A stretch of DNA of 64,000 nt from Bacilli bacterium (GCA_017441065.1 JAFSAI010000010.1:5378-69377), one strand, 5' to 3'. Counted from the first letter of the stretch, positions 37,141 to 46,574 are shown. The notes: a model not told the origin generated them from the letters alone. Made by a program: numbers and translations.

Positions 37141-37310
37141 GCCTAGTAAAGGTAAGTTATTCATATAAAACCGACTATATTGATAATATGGGGAACTAAT
37201 TATTTGGTTGTGTTGAATGCTAGCATTTATGTTAGAATCCTGATACCTTATATGTGTTCTACCACCTGCGAACCGCGGGCTTTTATCAAATAACTTCCAC
37301 TAGGTTTTTT
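37141..37310 (+). ncRNA. ssrS: 6S RNA-like structured RNA
   Basis: Extended -10 TGgTATAAT (37126-37134). The 5' end (cctagt..ggtaagttatt..ataaaa..ccg) pairs with the 3' end (cgg..ttttat..aataacttcc..actagg) to form a long closing stem, and a terminal T-run follows. It lies directly upstream of the yrvM/tcdA homolog, where Bacillus 6S-1 lies as far as I recall. Confidence 0.5.
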
Positions 37311-37326
37311 AATGGAGTGATTTATT

Positions 37327-37998
37327 ATGTATGACAGAATTATAAATTTAATAGGAATTGATGCTTTTAATAAAATTAAAAATACTAAAATATTATTAGT
37401 AGGTGTTGGTGGAGTAGGTAGTTTTGCTTATGAAGCATTAATTAGAAGTGGTTTTCAAAATATAACTATAATTGATAAAGATAAAGTTGAAATAACTAAT
37501 TTGAATAGACAATTAGTAGCAACTTTAGACACTATAAACAAAGCAAAAGTAGATATCGCTCTAGATAAAGCGTTAAAAATCAATGAAAACATCAAAATTA
37601 AGGCCGTAGAGGAGTTTTTGGACAAAAATAATATAAATGGTCTAGATAAAGATTTTGACTATATAATTGATGCTTGTGACACCATAAATACTAAATTAGA
37701 ATTAATAAGATTTGCAGAAAGCAATAATATTAAAATTATTTCATCTATGGGTGTAGGAAATAGAGTAGATGCTAGTCTTATTAAGATTAGTAGACTTGAT
37801 AAAACAAATAATGATCCACTAGCTAAAAGCCTAAGAAAATTAGTTAGAGAAAATAATTTAAATAGTAAAATACCAGTTGTATGTAGTGAAGAATTACCAT
37901 ATAAAAAAGGAGAAGTAAATTCAATGATTACATCTCCTGGAATTGCTGGTTTATTAATGGTTAATTATATAATAAATGATATTATTAAGCCTTGTTAA
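37327..37998 (+). CDS. tcdA: tRNA threonylcarbamoyladenosine dehydratase (ThiF-family, TcdA/YrvM-like)
   Basis: Rossmann motif LLVGVGGVGS and ITIIDKDKVEITNLNRQ. Confidence 0.8.
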   Translation: MYDRIINLIGIDAFNKIKNTKILLVGVGGVGSFAYEALIRSGFQNITIIDKDKVEITNLNRQLVATLDTINKAKVDIALDKALKINENIKIKAVEEFLDKNNINGLDKDFDYIIDACDTINTKLELIRFAESNNIKIISSMGVGNRVDASLIKISRLDKTNNDPLAKSLRKLVRENNLNSKIPVVCSEELPYKKGEVNSMITSPGIAGLLMVNYIINDIIKPC

Positions 37999-38962
37999 TT
38001 AAAAACTCTGCTAAATCATTTGGATTTTGTCCATTACAAACTATATTATTGATTAAAGTTATAAGAGGAATTTCGATTCCTTTTTTTTGTAACATTTTAT
38101 ATACAGAATTTAATGTATAATAACCTTCAACTGTATTATTTTTTAAAAATTCATCTATTTTATTTTTATCTTTAGTACTACCTATTACATATCCAAAAGA
38201 ATAGTTACGACTTTTAGTACTAGAACAAGTTAAAAGTAAATCTCCAATACCTGCAAAAGATAAAATAGTTTTCTTTTTACCACCTAAAGCATGAATAATA
38301 TTTTTCATGTCATGAAGTGATTCATTTATTAAGAATGCTTGGGTTGATTCAGAATAACCTAAACCTTTTAATATACCTGCTGCTATAGCAACTATATTTT
38401 TAACGCTACCACATAATTGAATACCTATAATATCTCTTGATACTCTAAGTTTTAAAGATTCATTTGCTAAGTTATCTTTTACTATATCAACCGTTTTTTT
38501 ATTAAGGCCAGCTATTGCTAATGCTGCAGGTTCATTATTAACTAAGTCTATTGCAAAAGTAGGACCTGATATTACACATATATTATTTGTATGTAATGTA
38601 TTTTTTACTAAACTAGATAATGTACTTAATGTTGTATGTTCAATACCTTTAGATGCAATACATATTGGTGTATTTTTATAATATGGCTTAATATTTTCGC
38701 AAACAGATAATATATATTTAGCTGATGTAATTAAAAATATTAAACTAGTATTATCCATTGCTTCTTTATAACTATTTGTAATATTTATTTTTTCTGGTAA
38801 TACTACATTATCAAATATTTTAGATATTTTTCTAGTTTTATTAAATTCTTCTACATAATTTTCATTTTCTGTCCACATCATTATATTATTATCATGTTTT
38901 TTTGCAAGCATTAAAGCTATACCAATACTATAAGCACCGGTACCAATAACTGTTATTTTCAT
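37985..38962 (-). CDS. gpsA: NAD(P)H-dependent glycerol-3-phosphate dehydrogenase
   Basis: MKITVIGTGAYSIGIA start, GPTFA.. and KN..AIAAG motifs. Confidence 0.9.
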   Translation of the reverse strand: MKITVIGTGAYSIGIALMLAKKHDNNIMMWTENENYVEEFNKTRKISKIFDNVVLPEKINITNSYKEAMDNTSLIFLITSAKYILSVCENIKPYYKNTPICIASKGIEHTTLSTLSSLVKNTLHTNNICVISGPTFAIDLVNNEPAALAIAGLNKKTVDIVKDNLANESLKLRVSRDIIGIQLCGSVKNIVAIAAGILKGLGYSESTQAFLINESLHDMKNIIHALGGKKKTILSFAGIGDLLLTCSSTKSRNYSFGYVIGSTKDKNKIDEFLKNNTVEGYYTLNSVYKMLQKKGIEIPLITLINNIVCNGQNPNDLAEFLINKA

Positions 38963-40161
38963 TATTTACCACCTTTCATCATCTTGTGTACTTTATTTAA
39001 ATTATTTTCAACTGCATTATTCTTGGGAATATAATATTTTGAACCTCTTAATTTTTCTGGTAAATATTCTTGATTAACCCACGAATTAGGATAATCATGA
39101 GGATATTTATAAAGAGGACTACCATTTTTAATATGTTTTGGAATAGATGTAGATAATCCCTTATGAATATCATTAAGGGCAGCATCTAAAGCTAGATAGG
39201 CACTATTACTTTTTGGAGATAAAGCCATTTCTACAGCAATTTCTGCAATAGGAATACGAGCTTCAGGAAGTCCAACTCGCTCAGCAGCATTAATTGCGGC
39301 ATCAAGACGAGGACCAATACCTGGGTTAGCTAAACCAATATCTTCATAAGCAATAACTGAAAGTCTTCTATAAATACTATCTAAATCACCAACTTCAATA
39401 AGCCTTGCAATATAATGAATAGTTGCATCTACATCACTTCCACGAATTGATTTTTGTAGAGCACTTAATACATCATAATGGCCATCTTCATTTTTATCAT
39501 GAAAGAAAACTGGTTTAGTATTTATAGATTTTACTATATCTATGTTAACTATATAATCTTTAGTAGAGTAGTAAGATATTTCTAGTAAATTTAGAGCACT
39601 TCTTACATCTCCACCAGATAATGTTGCAATATATTCTAATGTTTCATCATCTATTTTAATATTTTCTAAATCATTTGTAGCTTTTTTTAAGACTTTAACA
39701 ATATCTGATTCTTTTAATTCATGAAGTTCAAATATTTGACATCTACTTCTAATAGCTGGATTTATTTTATGATATGGATTACTTGTAGTAAGTCCAATTA
39801 AAATAATTGTTCCATTTTCTACATAAGGAAGTAATATATCTTGTTTATCTTTATTCATACGATGAATTTCATCGACAACTAAAATTAAATCGCCATAAAA
39901 TTTAGCTTCTTCTATCGCAGTATCAAAATCTTCTTTTTTGTTTATTGTAGCATTCAAAAATTTAGTTCTAAGTCCAAGCTCAGCACTAATTGCATAAGCA
40001 ATACTTGTTTTGCCTATTCCTGGTTTACCATAAAAAATCATTGAAAATATTTTTTTGTTTTTTACTAAATTAGTTAGTATTTTATTTTCACCAATTAAAT
40101 GATCTTGACCAATAACATCTCCTAATTTTTTTGGACGCAAATAATCTGCTAATACTTTCAT
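38962..40161 (-). CDS. rarA: Replication-associated recombination protein A (AAA+ ATPase)
   Basis: LRPKKLGDVIGQDHL, GKPGIGKTS, VVDEIHR and the C-terminal MgsA domain. Confidence 0.9.
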   Translation of the reverse strand: MKVLADYLRPKKLGDVIGQDHLIGENKILTNLVKNKKIFSMIFYGKPGIGKTSIAYAISAELGLRTKFLNATINKKEDFDTAIEEAKFYGDLILVVDEIHRMNKDKQDILLPYVENGTIILIGLTTSNPYHKINPAIRSRCQIFELHELKESDIVKVLKKATNDLENIKIDDETLEYIATLSGGDVRSALNLLEISYYSTKDYIVNIDIVKSINTKPVFFHDKNEDGHYDVLSALQKSIRGSDVDATIHYIARLIEVGDLDSIYRRLSVIAYEDIGLANPGIGPRLDAAINAAERVGLPEARIPIAEIAVEMALSPKSNSAYLALDAALNDIHKGLSTSIPKHIKNGSPLYKYPHDYPNSWVNQEYLPEKLRGSKYYIPKNNAVENNLNKVHKMMKGGK

Positions 40162-40239
40162 AATTAATCACACATAATATTATAACAAAAATAAAGGTAA
40201 GATTAAACGATTTATGCTATAATTTAGATAGTGATGTAA

Positions 40240-41127
40240 ATGAAAAATGATATAGAGTTAAATAAAAATATAGAAGATTATTTAAATTATTTGCAATATG
40301 AAAGAAAACTGTCAAAAAATACTTATGCATCATATCGTTATAATTTAATTAAAATATCTGAATTTTTTAAAGATGAAGATTTAATTAAATTAAACGAAGA
40401 TGATATTAGAACATTTTTATATAATTCAAAAGAGAGTAGTAAGACAAATGCTCACTATTTAACTGTATTAAAATCATTCTATAATTATATGTTAGATTTA
40501 AATAGAATTAGCATTAATCCATGTGAAAATATAAAGTCTCCTAAGTTAGATAAAACACTACCTAAATTTTTAACTGAAGAAGAAATGGATAAATTACTTA
40601 ATATGAGACTTCAAAAACCAATAGATTATCGTAATAAAGCTATGCTTGAATTATTGTATGCTACAGGAATGCGTATATCTGAACTTCTTAATTTAGAATT
40701 ATCTAATATTAATAGAGAAGATGCTTCGGTAAAAGTGATGGGCAAAGGAAAAAAAGAAAGAATTATTCCTATGAGCGATATCACTATTAAATATTTAGAT
40801 TTATATATAAATGAATATAGAAATTACATACTTAAAACAAAACAATCTGAATATTTATTTGTAAATTATAATGGTGGTAGAATGTCTAGGCAAGGATTCT
40901 TTAAAATATTAAAACAATTATGTGATGATGCTTGCATAAAAAAAGAAATATCTCCTCATATATTAAGACATTCCTTTGCAACTCATTTACTTAATAATGG
41001 GGCAGACCTACGTATTATTCAAGAATTATTAGGTCACGAAAATATATCTACTACTGAAATATATTCTCATATATCTAATGAAAAAATAAAAAAAGATTAC
41101 GAGAAACATCCTCATTATTATGAATAG
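40240..41127 (+). CDS. xerD: Tyrosine recombinase XerD/XerC-type
   Basis: N-terminal SAM-like domain. The catalytic region is R..ELL.L, HILRHSFATHLL and LLGHENISTTEIYSH. The C versus D assignment is tentative. Confidence 0.75.
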   Translation: MKNDIELNKNIEDYLNYLQYERKLSKNTYASYRYNLIKISEFFKDEDLIKLNEDDIRTFLYNSKESSKTNAHYLTVLKSFYNYMLDLNRISINPCENIKSPKLDKTLPKFLTEEEMDKLLNMRLQKPIDYRNKAMLELLYATGMRISELLNLELSNINREDASVKVMGKGKKERIIPMSDITIKYLDLYINEYRNYILKTKQSEYLFVNYNGGRMSRQGFFKILKQLCDDACIKKEISPHILRHSFATHLLNNGADLRIIQELLGHENISTTEIYSHISNEKIKKDYEKHPHYYE

Positions 41128-41164
41128 AGTAGAAAAGACTAGCTGATGCTAGTCTTATTTTTTA

Positions 41165-41217
41165 GGAAGAAAGATATGTGTGTATCTTTCATTTATTTTA
41201 ACGTCTTCATTGACGAT
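41165..41217 (-). terminator. Conserved post-stop element plus terminator (member D)
   Basis: The reverse complement reads atcgtcaatgaagacgttaaaata followed by the hairpin gaaagatacacacatatctttc. Confidence 0.6.
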
Positions 41218-42462
41218 TTAGCCAATAATATATGGATCATTAGACAATCCCGTTCCACTTATCAATTTTGCATCGTTGGTTAGATAGAAGACTGGACGTA
41301 CTGATTGTATATAATGCGCATAAGACGAACTTACAGGAAATTCATCATGAACAGCTATATAAGCTCTATATGTCCAAGCAGACATACCAGAGCGAGTCAT
41401 TGTCCAATCATTTGAGCTAGGAGGAGTTGAATCGTTATTTTTAACTTGAATCCACCCAAATTTAAAATTGTTGTTACCATATACATTTGTTTCCAAATAA
41501 TCTTCACCTCTAGATAAAACAAAGTCACTTATATACATCAGGCTGATTAATCCATTAAAATTTTTGTGATTTCCTATTGAACAATCTCCAACAATATCAG
41601 GTGAATTATAACATATTTGATTACTTTTGTTAGACATATTTAATTCGTGCAAATAGATTGTTTTAGGTGTATTATAATCATATATGATTCCCGCTCCATC
41701 ATATAAAGCATCGGTAGCAGTCCACATCCATTCACTTATTTTATCTGTCCATTCTTCATTTTGCATATATGAGTACGTTGTATTGTTCAAAAAGTAATCT
41801 CCATTTATCCCTTTATATAAATCACTTTCATTCCAATCTACTTCTATCGAACTATCACTATGCCATTTATACGCTGTATTAAGTGCCTCTTTTTTTATAA
41901 TTTTTAAATGTTCATTACCTTCATTATCTTCGAAGATTCCGATTATTCGATACATATACAAATCTGTATTACTTGTACATGTTGTTTTGTTTGTTGTTCC
42001 AAAACATATGTAATTATTTGGATTTTCTCCTACATATCTATATCCATCGCCTTCTAATGGACTATCCCACATTTCAGATTTTTGTTTTCTATATGGCGGT
42101 AAACTAAAATACAAATAACAATAACTAGTATTTCCAGTATCTACTGTTGCTATATTATTTGTAGCATCATATGTTAGTACTCCATCTAATTTATTGCCAT
42201 TTATATCTATACATCCTGACATTGATGCATTATATGTATATCCTGAAGTTGGCCAAGTACTTGATGTATCTTCTTTATATGTTCCGTCATCTTGCTCTAA
42301 CATTATTGCAAACATATTTGAATTATTTATATTTAAATTTACTTCATCTAAATTTGTATTCTTATTACTGAATGACTTGTACATCAAGAACAATGTACAA
42401 CTTTCTATTATCACTAACACTAATATTATTATCACACACATTTTTTTGTTAACAACTTGCAT
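41218..42462 (-). CDS. Mosaic surface-protein family member D (signal anchor, head, C-module type II)
   Basis: 414 aa. MQVVNKKMCVIIILVLVIIE.., EGDGYRYVGENPNNYICFGT.., ending SVRPVFYLTNDAKLISGTGLSNDPYIIG. Confidence 0.8.
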   Translation of the reverse strand: MQVVNKKMCVIIILVLVIIESCTLFLMYKSFSNKNTNLDEVNLNINNSNMFAIMLEQDDGTYKEDTSSTWPTSGYTYNASMSGCIDINGNKLDGVLTYDATNNIATVDTGNTSYCYLYFSLPPYRKQKSEMWDSPLEGDGYRYVGENPNNYICFGTTNKTTCTSNTDLYMYRIIGIFEDNEGNEHLKIIKKEALNTAYKWHSDSSIEVDWNESDLYKGINGDYFLNNTTYSYMQNEEWTDKISEWMWTATDALYDGAGIIYDYNTPKTIYLHELNMSNKSNQICYNSPDIVGDCSIGNHKNFNGLISLMYISDFVLSRGEDYLETNVYGNNNFKFGWIQVKNNDSTPPSSNDWTMTRSGMSAWTYRAYIAVHDEFPVSSSYAHYIQSVRPVFYLTNDAKLISGTGLSNDPYIIG

Positions 42463-42493
42463 ATTCTTTCTTCCTTATCTATTTTATAAGGTA

Positions 42494-42521
42494 AGTATAT
42501 ATTACCCCCCCCCGAAGTCAA
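42494..42521 (-). promoter_or_regulatory. Family promoter with a 9-nt poly-G tract
   Basis: On the minus strand it reads TTGACT, tc, G9 (42505-42513), taata, TATACT, giving a 16-nt spacer. Confidence 0.55.
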
Positions 42522-42603
42522 ATTTTTGAGAAAATTTTGTTGGTAACTTTTAACCACAAAAAAGAGAAGACAATAAATCATGTCTTCCTTACAAAGTAAT
42601 AAA

Positions 42604-42741
42604 TTATTTACTTTCGTTATTACTACGAGTTTTGTTATTAGCTCTGCTATTTGATTGGCTTCTATTATTAGCCTTATTGTTATTACGAGCTTGATTATTA
42701 GCTTGACTTCTGTTATTAGCTTTTGAATTACTATTTCTCAT
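42604..42741 (-). CDS. Small (45 aa) Asn/Arg/Ser-rich repetitive protein
   Basis: Not in the ORF track. It has the RBS aggagg and a downstream terminator (about 42560-42595). Sequence: MRNSNSKANNRSQANNQARNNNKANNRSQSNSRANNKTRSNNESK. Confidence 0.5.
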   Translation of the reverse strand: MRNSNSKANNRSQANNQARNNNKANNRSQSNSRANNKTRSNNESK

Positions 42742-42824
42742 TTTTCTTACCTCCTGATATTATTATGTTCCTTTTTTATTTTAAAATACTTCAAATAAAT
42801 ATATATTTTTGGTAATAACTGTCA

Positions 42825-43571
42825 TTAAAAGATAAAATGATTTAACAAAATTAAAATAACACCTATAATAAGACCTAAATATATAAATTTATTTTCTTTA
42901 TAACTTAATGCTTTAGGTAACATTTCATTAATAGATAGGGTAATCATTATGCCTGCTACAAAGAGCAGAACTATACTTATCATTAAATCATTTATATAAT
43001 TTTTCAAAAACATAAAAGCTAGAAATGCTCCTAGTGGTTCTGCTAATCCTGATAAGAAAGTATTAAATAGTGCTTTCTTTTTTGATTTAGTAGCATAATA
43101 TATTGGAACTGCAATAGAAATACCTTCTGGTATATTATGAAACATAATAGCAAGTGATAACTTAAGTCCTAAATTAACATCTTCAATACTACCTATGAAA
43201 GTAGCAATACCTTCGGGAAAATTATGTAACATTAAAGCTATCATACTTAGTATACCCAATTTATATAAAGAATTACTTTTATTATTCATTAATTTATTAA
43301 TAATAATTACAGATACAATTCCAAATAAAAAAGAGAGTAGTATAACAACAATTGAAGTAGGGAAGTGGTAGTTTAATAAGATATTGAAAAATGAAGATGG
43401 TATTAGATCTGTTAGGCTTATTCCGATCATTATAGCTATTGAAAATGCTAAACATAGGGAAATAAATTTATTAATTTTATCTTCTTTTATATTAAGAAAT
43501 ATTACTATCCCACCAAGTAGAGTAGACATACCTGCCATAGTAGATATTAATAGCGCATTTAAAGTAGACAT
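42825..43571 (-). CDS. zupT: ZIP-family zinc transporter
   Basis: HNFPEGIATF and HNIPEGISIA motifs and 8 TM segments. Confidence 0.85.
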   Translation of the reverse strand: MSTLNALLISTMAGMSTLLGGIVIFLNIKEDKINKFISLCLAFSIAIMIGISLTDLIPSSFFNILLNYHFPTSIVVILLSFLFGIVSVIIINKLMNNKSNSLYKLGILSMIALMLHNFPEGIATFIGSIEDVNLGLKLSLAIMFHNIPEGISIAVPIYYATKSKKKALFNTFLSGLAEPLGAFLAFMFLKNYINDLMISIVLLFVAGIMITLSINEMLPKALSYKENKFIYLGLIIGVILILLNHFIF

Positions 43572-43844
43572 ATTTTATTCACCAGTAAAATAATATGTCA
43601 AACTAATTTAAAAGATTTACTAAAAATATAATATTTGTTATTATATCTATAATTAAGGATGCAATGATATATGAAATTAATTATGAAGATTATTAATATA
43701 TTTAAAAAAATCATAAACGGCTTTAATACAAAAGCTAATAAAAAGTCAATTGTAATTAATCACTCTTATATTATAATAAATATTCATAATTATCCTAAAG
43801 AAGATAACACTAATTCTAATACCGATTTATTTTTCTGAAGTCTT

Positions 43845-43872
43845 GGTTTACATAATATACATTATGCAAAGT
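43845..43872. other. dif: dif-like Xer recombination site
   Basis: The minus strand reads ACTTTGCATAATGTATATTATGTAAACC. The 18-nt core GCATAATGTATATTATGT is identical to E. coli dif as I recall it, and the site matches about 22 of 28 positions of B. subtilis dif. Confidence 0.65.
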
Positions 43873-44228
43873 ATATTTCTCTCTAAAAAATAGTGTTTTG
43901 ATAGCTTGAAAGTTACTTATATCTATCAATAATTATAACACATTTAATGCTACAATTGAATCATAATAAAAATTAAATTGTAAAAAATAATTTTTAATTT
44001 TGTAATTAATGAATAATTTAAATTTAAAAAATTAATTTTAAACTAAAATATATGTTCAGATTATTGTAACCTTATTAATATATTTAATTAGGATATAAAT
44101 ACACGCGTATATCCTTTATTTATATATTATATAAGGATATATATACGTACATATGTGTAAGAAAATTTAATATTAAAAGAGAAAGAGAGGAGTTTAATTC
44201 AAATAAAAAAGAGTGAAGTCCACTCTCT

Positions 44229-45062
44229 TTATTTTACTGGTTCTGAACTTACCCAATAGTAAGTACCATCTTTAGCTTCTCTAAATATATGTTTATATTC
44301 AGTACCATATTTTTTCATAAAATTGTAATTAATATCTTTTTTGTCAGTATATTCATCTGTACATTTTTCATTAACAGTAGTAGTAGTGTAGTTTTGGAAA
44401 CATGTATTTTCATTAATCTTAACAAAGTAGTCATAAATTACGATGTCTCTACCCTTCTCTACAGCTTTTTGCATAACTCTGTAAATGATTGATTCGCTTC
44501 CTAAAGTATAAGTAAATGTTTCTGATAAACCACAATAGTAGTAATCATCCTTTAGATAACAAATATTTAAATTATCGATTCTAAATGAATCATTGTCTTC
44601 AATATCTTTTCCATATAATTTTTTATATGATTCATCAATAACATTTCTTTTGATTTTTGAAACACTACAAGTATTTGATTCAGCATCTTTTTTAAATGTC
44701 ATACCATCTTCTGTACAAGTATTCTTTTTCTTAGTAGCTTTTAATGTAATTAGTTCAGGTTCTTCAATATTTGCTTTTTGATATGCTAAACAAATTCTTG
44801 TTTCACTATTTACATCCTTATACTCTATTTTATCTTCAGCATAAGTAAATAAACCTTCACAATTTCCTAAGTCATCAGAACTAAAATAATTATGTAATTC
44901 TGTAACTAATTTACTATCTGTTTCTAAATTATTTCTGTTAACTAACCATACTACTAATAATACTATTGTAATTACTACTAGTAGAGCAATAAGTACTACT
45001 AGTAACTTATCGTTAAAAATATCTAACTTCTTATTATTTGTTTTTTCTTTAATCTTTTTCAT
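44229..45062 (-). CDS. Membrane-anchored Cys-containing extracytoplasmic protein (unknown function)
   Basis: Basic N-terminus, a single TM segment, and no recognisable motif. Confidence 0.4.
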   Translation of the reverse strand: MKKIKEKTNNKKLDIFNDKLLVVLIALLVVITIVLLVVWLVNRNNLETDSKLVTELHNYFSSDDLGNCEGLFTYAEDKIEYKDVNSETRICLAYQKANIEEPELITLKATKKKNTCTEDGMTFKKDAESNTCSVSKIKRNVIDESYKKLYGKDIEDNDSFRIDNLNICYLKDDYYYCGLSETFTYTLGSESIIYRVMQKAVEKGRDIVIYDYFVKINENTCFQNYTTTTVNEKCTDEYTDKKDINYNFMKKYGTEYKHIFREAKDGTYYWVSSEPVK

Positions 45063-45078
45063 TTGTTTTTACCACTTT

Positions 45079-45858
45079 CTAAACTTTTCTAGATTGAATT
45101 TCTGCTATTTTTTCAAATACTTCAGCAGCATTCGCTTCATTAATTTCAGTATATCCTAATTCTTTTAATGCCTGTATCTTAGTAGTGTTTAATTGTTGAG
45201 TTCTACTTAACTTTTCTTCTTTTTTAGCTTCAATTTCCTCAACAAATCTTTTTCTCGTTTCTGTTACTTTACTCTTGCTAGCTCCTCCATTATTGTATAA
45301 TGTTAATGCTGAGTAAAGTATTCCTTCGAAGATAAATTGTTTATCTTCATTAAAGGCAAATTCTTCAGAATTAATAAATCCGTTTGTTTTTGCCATATAT
45401 GCTAGAATATATTTAATTTCTGGTACATTATCCATTGACTGTAGTAAATTATATAAATATTTTATAGCACTTAAATCATTGTTTTTATTTTCTTCTAATT
45501 TTTCTTTTAATAAAAATGCTATATCGTTTAGTAAAATTCTACTTTCTTTATCAAGACCTTTGAGATCTAAAAAGTTTTCTAAATCATTACCGTTTTTTAC
45601 ACCAATATTTAATCTTTTTTCTACATTCATTAAATATTCTGTATCTACTTTAATATTAGCAAGTTCTTCTTGACTACCCTCTTTTAAATCTAAAAGTTGT
45701 AGTAATAATATCTTTTTTTCTTTTGGCCATTTATCTAAACTATCTAAAACTAGATAATTATAAACCATTTGCCTAGATACACCTAAGTACTTCGAAAGTC
45801 TAACTTTTGAAACCCCTAATTCTTGTAATAAATCATTTAACTTATCCATTACACTCAC
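45079..45858 (-). CDS. HTH-domain protein (unknown function)
   Basis: N-terminal HTH (VSKVRLSKYLGVSRQMVYNYL). It lies upstream of, and on the same strand as, 44229-45062. Confidence 0.45.
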   Translation of the reverse strand: MSVMDKLNDLLQELGVSKVRLSKYLGVSRQMVYNYLVLDSLDKWPKEKKILLLQLLDLKEGSQEELANIKVDTEYLMNVEKRLNIGVKNGNDLENFLDLKGLDKESRILLNDIAFLLKEKLEENKNNDLSAIKYLYNLLQSMDNVPEIKYILAYMAKTNGFINSEEFAFNEDKQFIFEGILYSALTLYNNGGASKSKVTETRKRFVEEIEAKKEEKLSRTQQLNTTKIQALKELGYTEINEANAAEVFEKIAEIQSRKV

Positions 45859-45923
45859 TACTTTCTATTATTTACAAGATAATTATACATAACTTAACAT
45901 TTACTTGTCAATATGAAAGTTAA

Positions 45924-46574
45924 CTATTGCATCACTTCATTCTTTTTTATTATAAATAATTTTTTGTTTTTGTAAAAACAATAAAATATATCTTCAGCTT
46001 TTAAATTTTTGGCGTTTAAATTATAATCTAACCAAGACAAATTTTTATTAATATATTTTAATGCTTTCTTTTGGATATCACCGTCTATAATAAGTGGCAT
46101 TGGATATGCAGACTTTGTTTTAAATAAATTATATTTAAATATAGATAATTTACCATTCGGTTCTAAAAAGGCGTATTCTACATCATCTAAATTTTTTATT
46201 TCTTTTTGTCTTAAACTAAGTAGTAAATTATCCATGCTATATCTTTGTTTAACCATTTCATTATAGTTTATTTTGCCATTACAAATAATAAGTGATGGTT
46301 TACCATCAAAAAATGTTCTAATACGTCTCGATTTGATTGAAATAAACGCTAAAACTATTTCTAATATTACTAAAATTATTATTGGAACAATAGTAAGAAA
46401 AATACTATTCTCTGTTTCTTCAATTGATATAGCAATCAATTCAGCAATTAATATTGATACAATTAAATCTATAACTCCAAGTTGTCCGATTTCTCTTTTT
46501 CCCATTAATCGATAACACAATAAAACAAAAAAGTAAAAGAATATTGTTCTAAATATAACCTGAAACATTTCCAT
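45924..46574 (-). CDS. DUF421 (YetF/YrbG-like) membrane protein
   Basis: MGKREIGQLGVIDLIVSILIAE motif. The RBS aggtga precedes the ATG at 46574. Confidence 0.75.
   Translation of the reverse strand: MEMFQVIFRTIFFYFFVLLCYRLMGKREIGQLGVIDLIVSILIAELIAISIEETENSIFLTIVPIIILVILEIVLAFISIKSRRIRTFFDGKPSLIICNGKINYNEMVKQRYSMDNLLLSLRQKEIKNLDDVEYAFLEPNGKLSIFKYNLFKTKSAYPMPLIIDGDIQKKALKYINKNLSWLDYNLNAKNLKAEDIFYCFYKNKKLFIIKKNEVMQ

Noticed and set aside
40240-41127. xerD read as a dedicated invertase for the adjacent variable surface-protein gene, by analogy with mycoplasma vsa/vpma systems.
   Set aside because: The protein looks like a full-length housekeeping XerC/D and lies close to a canonical dif-like site. 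I found no dif-like or short inverted recombination sites flanking the paralogs.
43671-43838. A 55-aa ORF (MKLIMKIINIFKKIING..) in the AT-rich gap just upstream of the dif-like site.
   Set aside because: It has a weak RBS, a low-complexity Ile/Asn/Lys composition expected by chance in about 80% AT DNA, and no motif. It cannot be supported as a gene.
43900-44160. Repetitive-looking AT-rich sequence (aattaaatt.., aggatata..tatatcct) considered as a CRISPR array or tandem repeat.
   Set aside because: There are no regularly spaced direct repeats with unique spacers. It holds only low-complexity AT runs and one short palindrome (aggatataaatacacgcgtatatcct).
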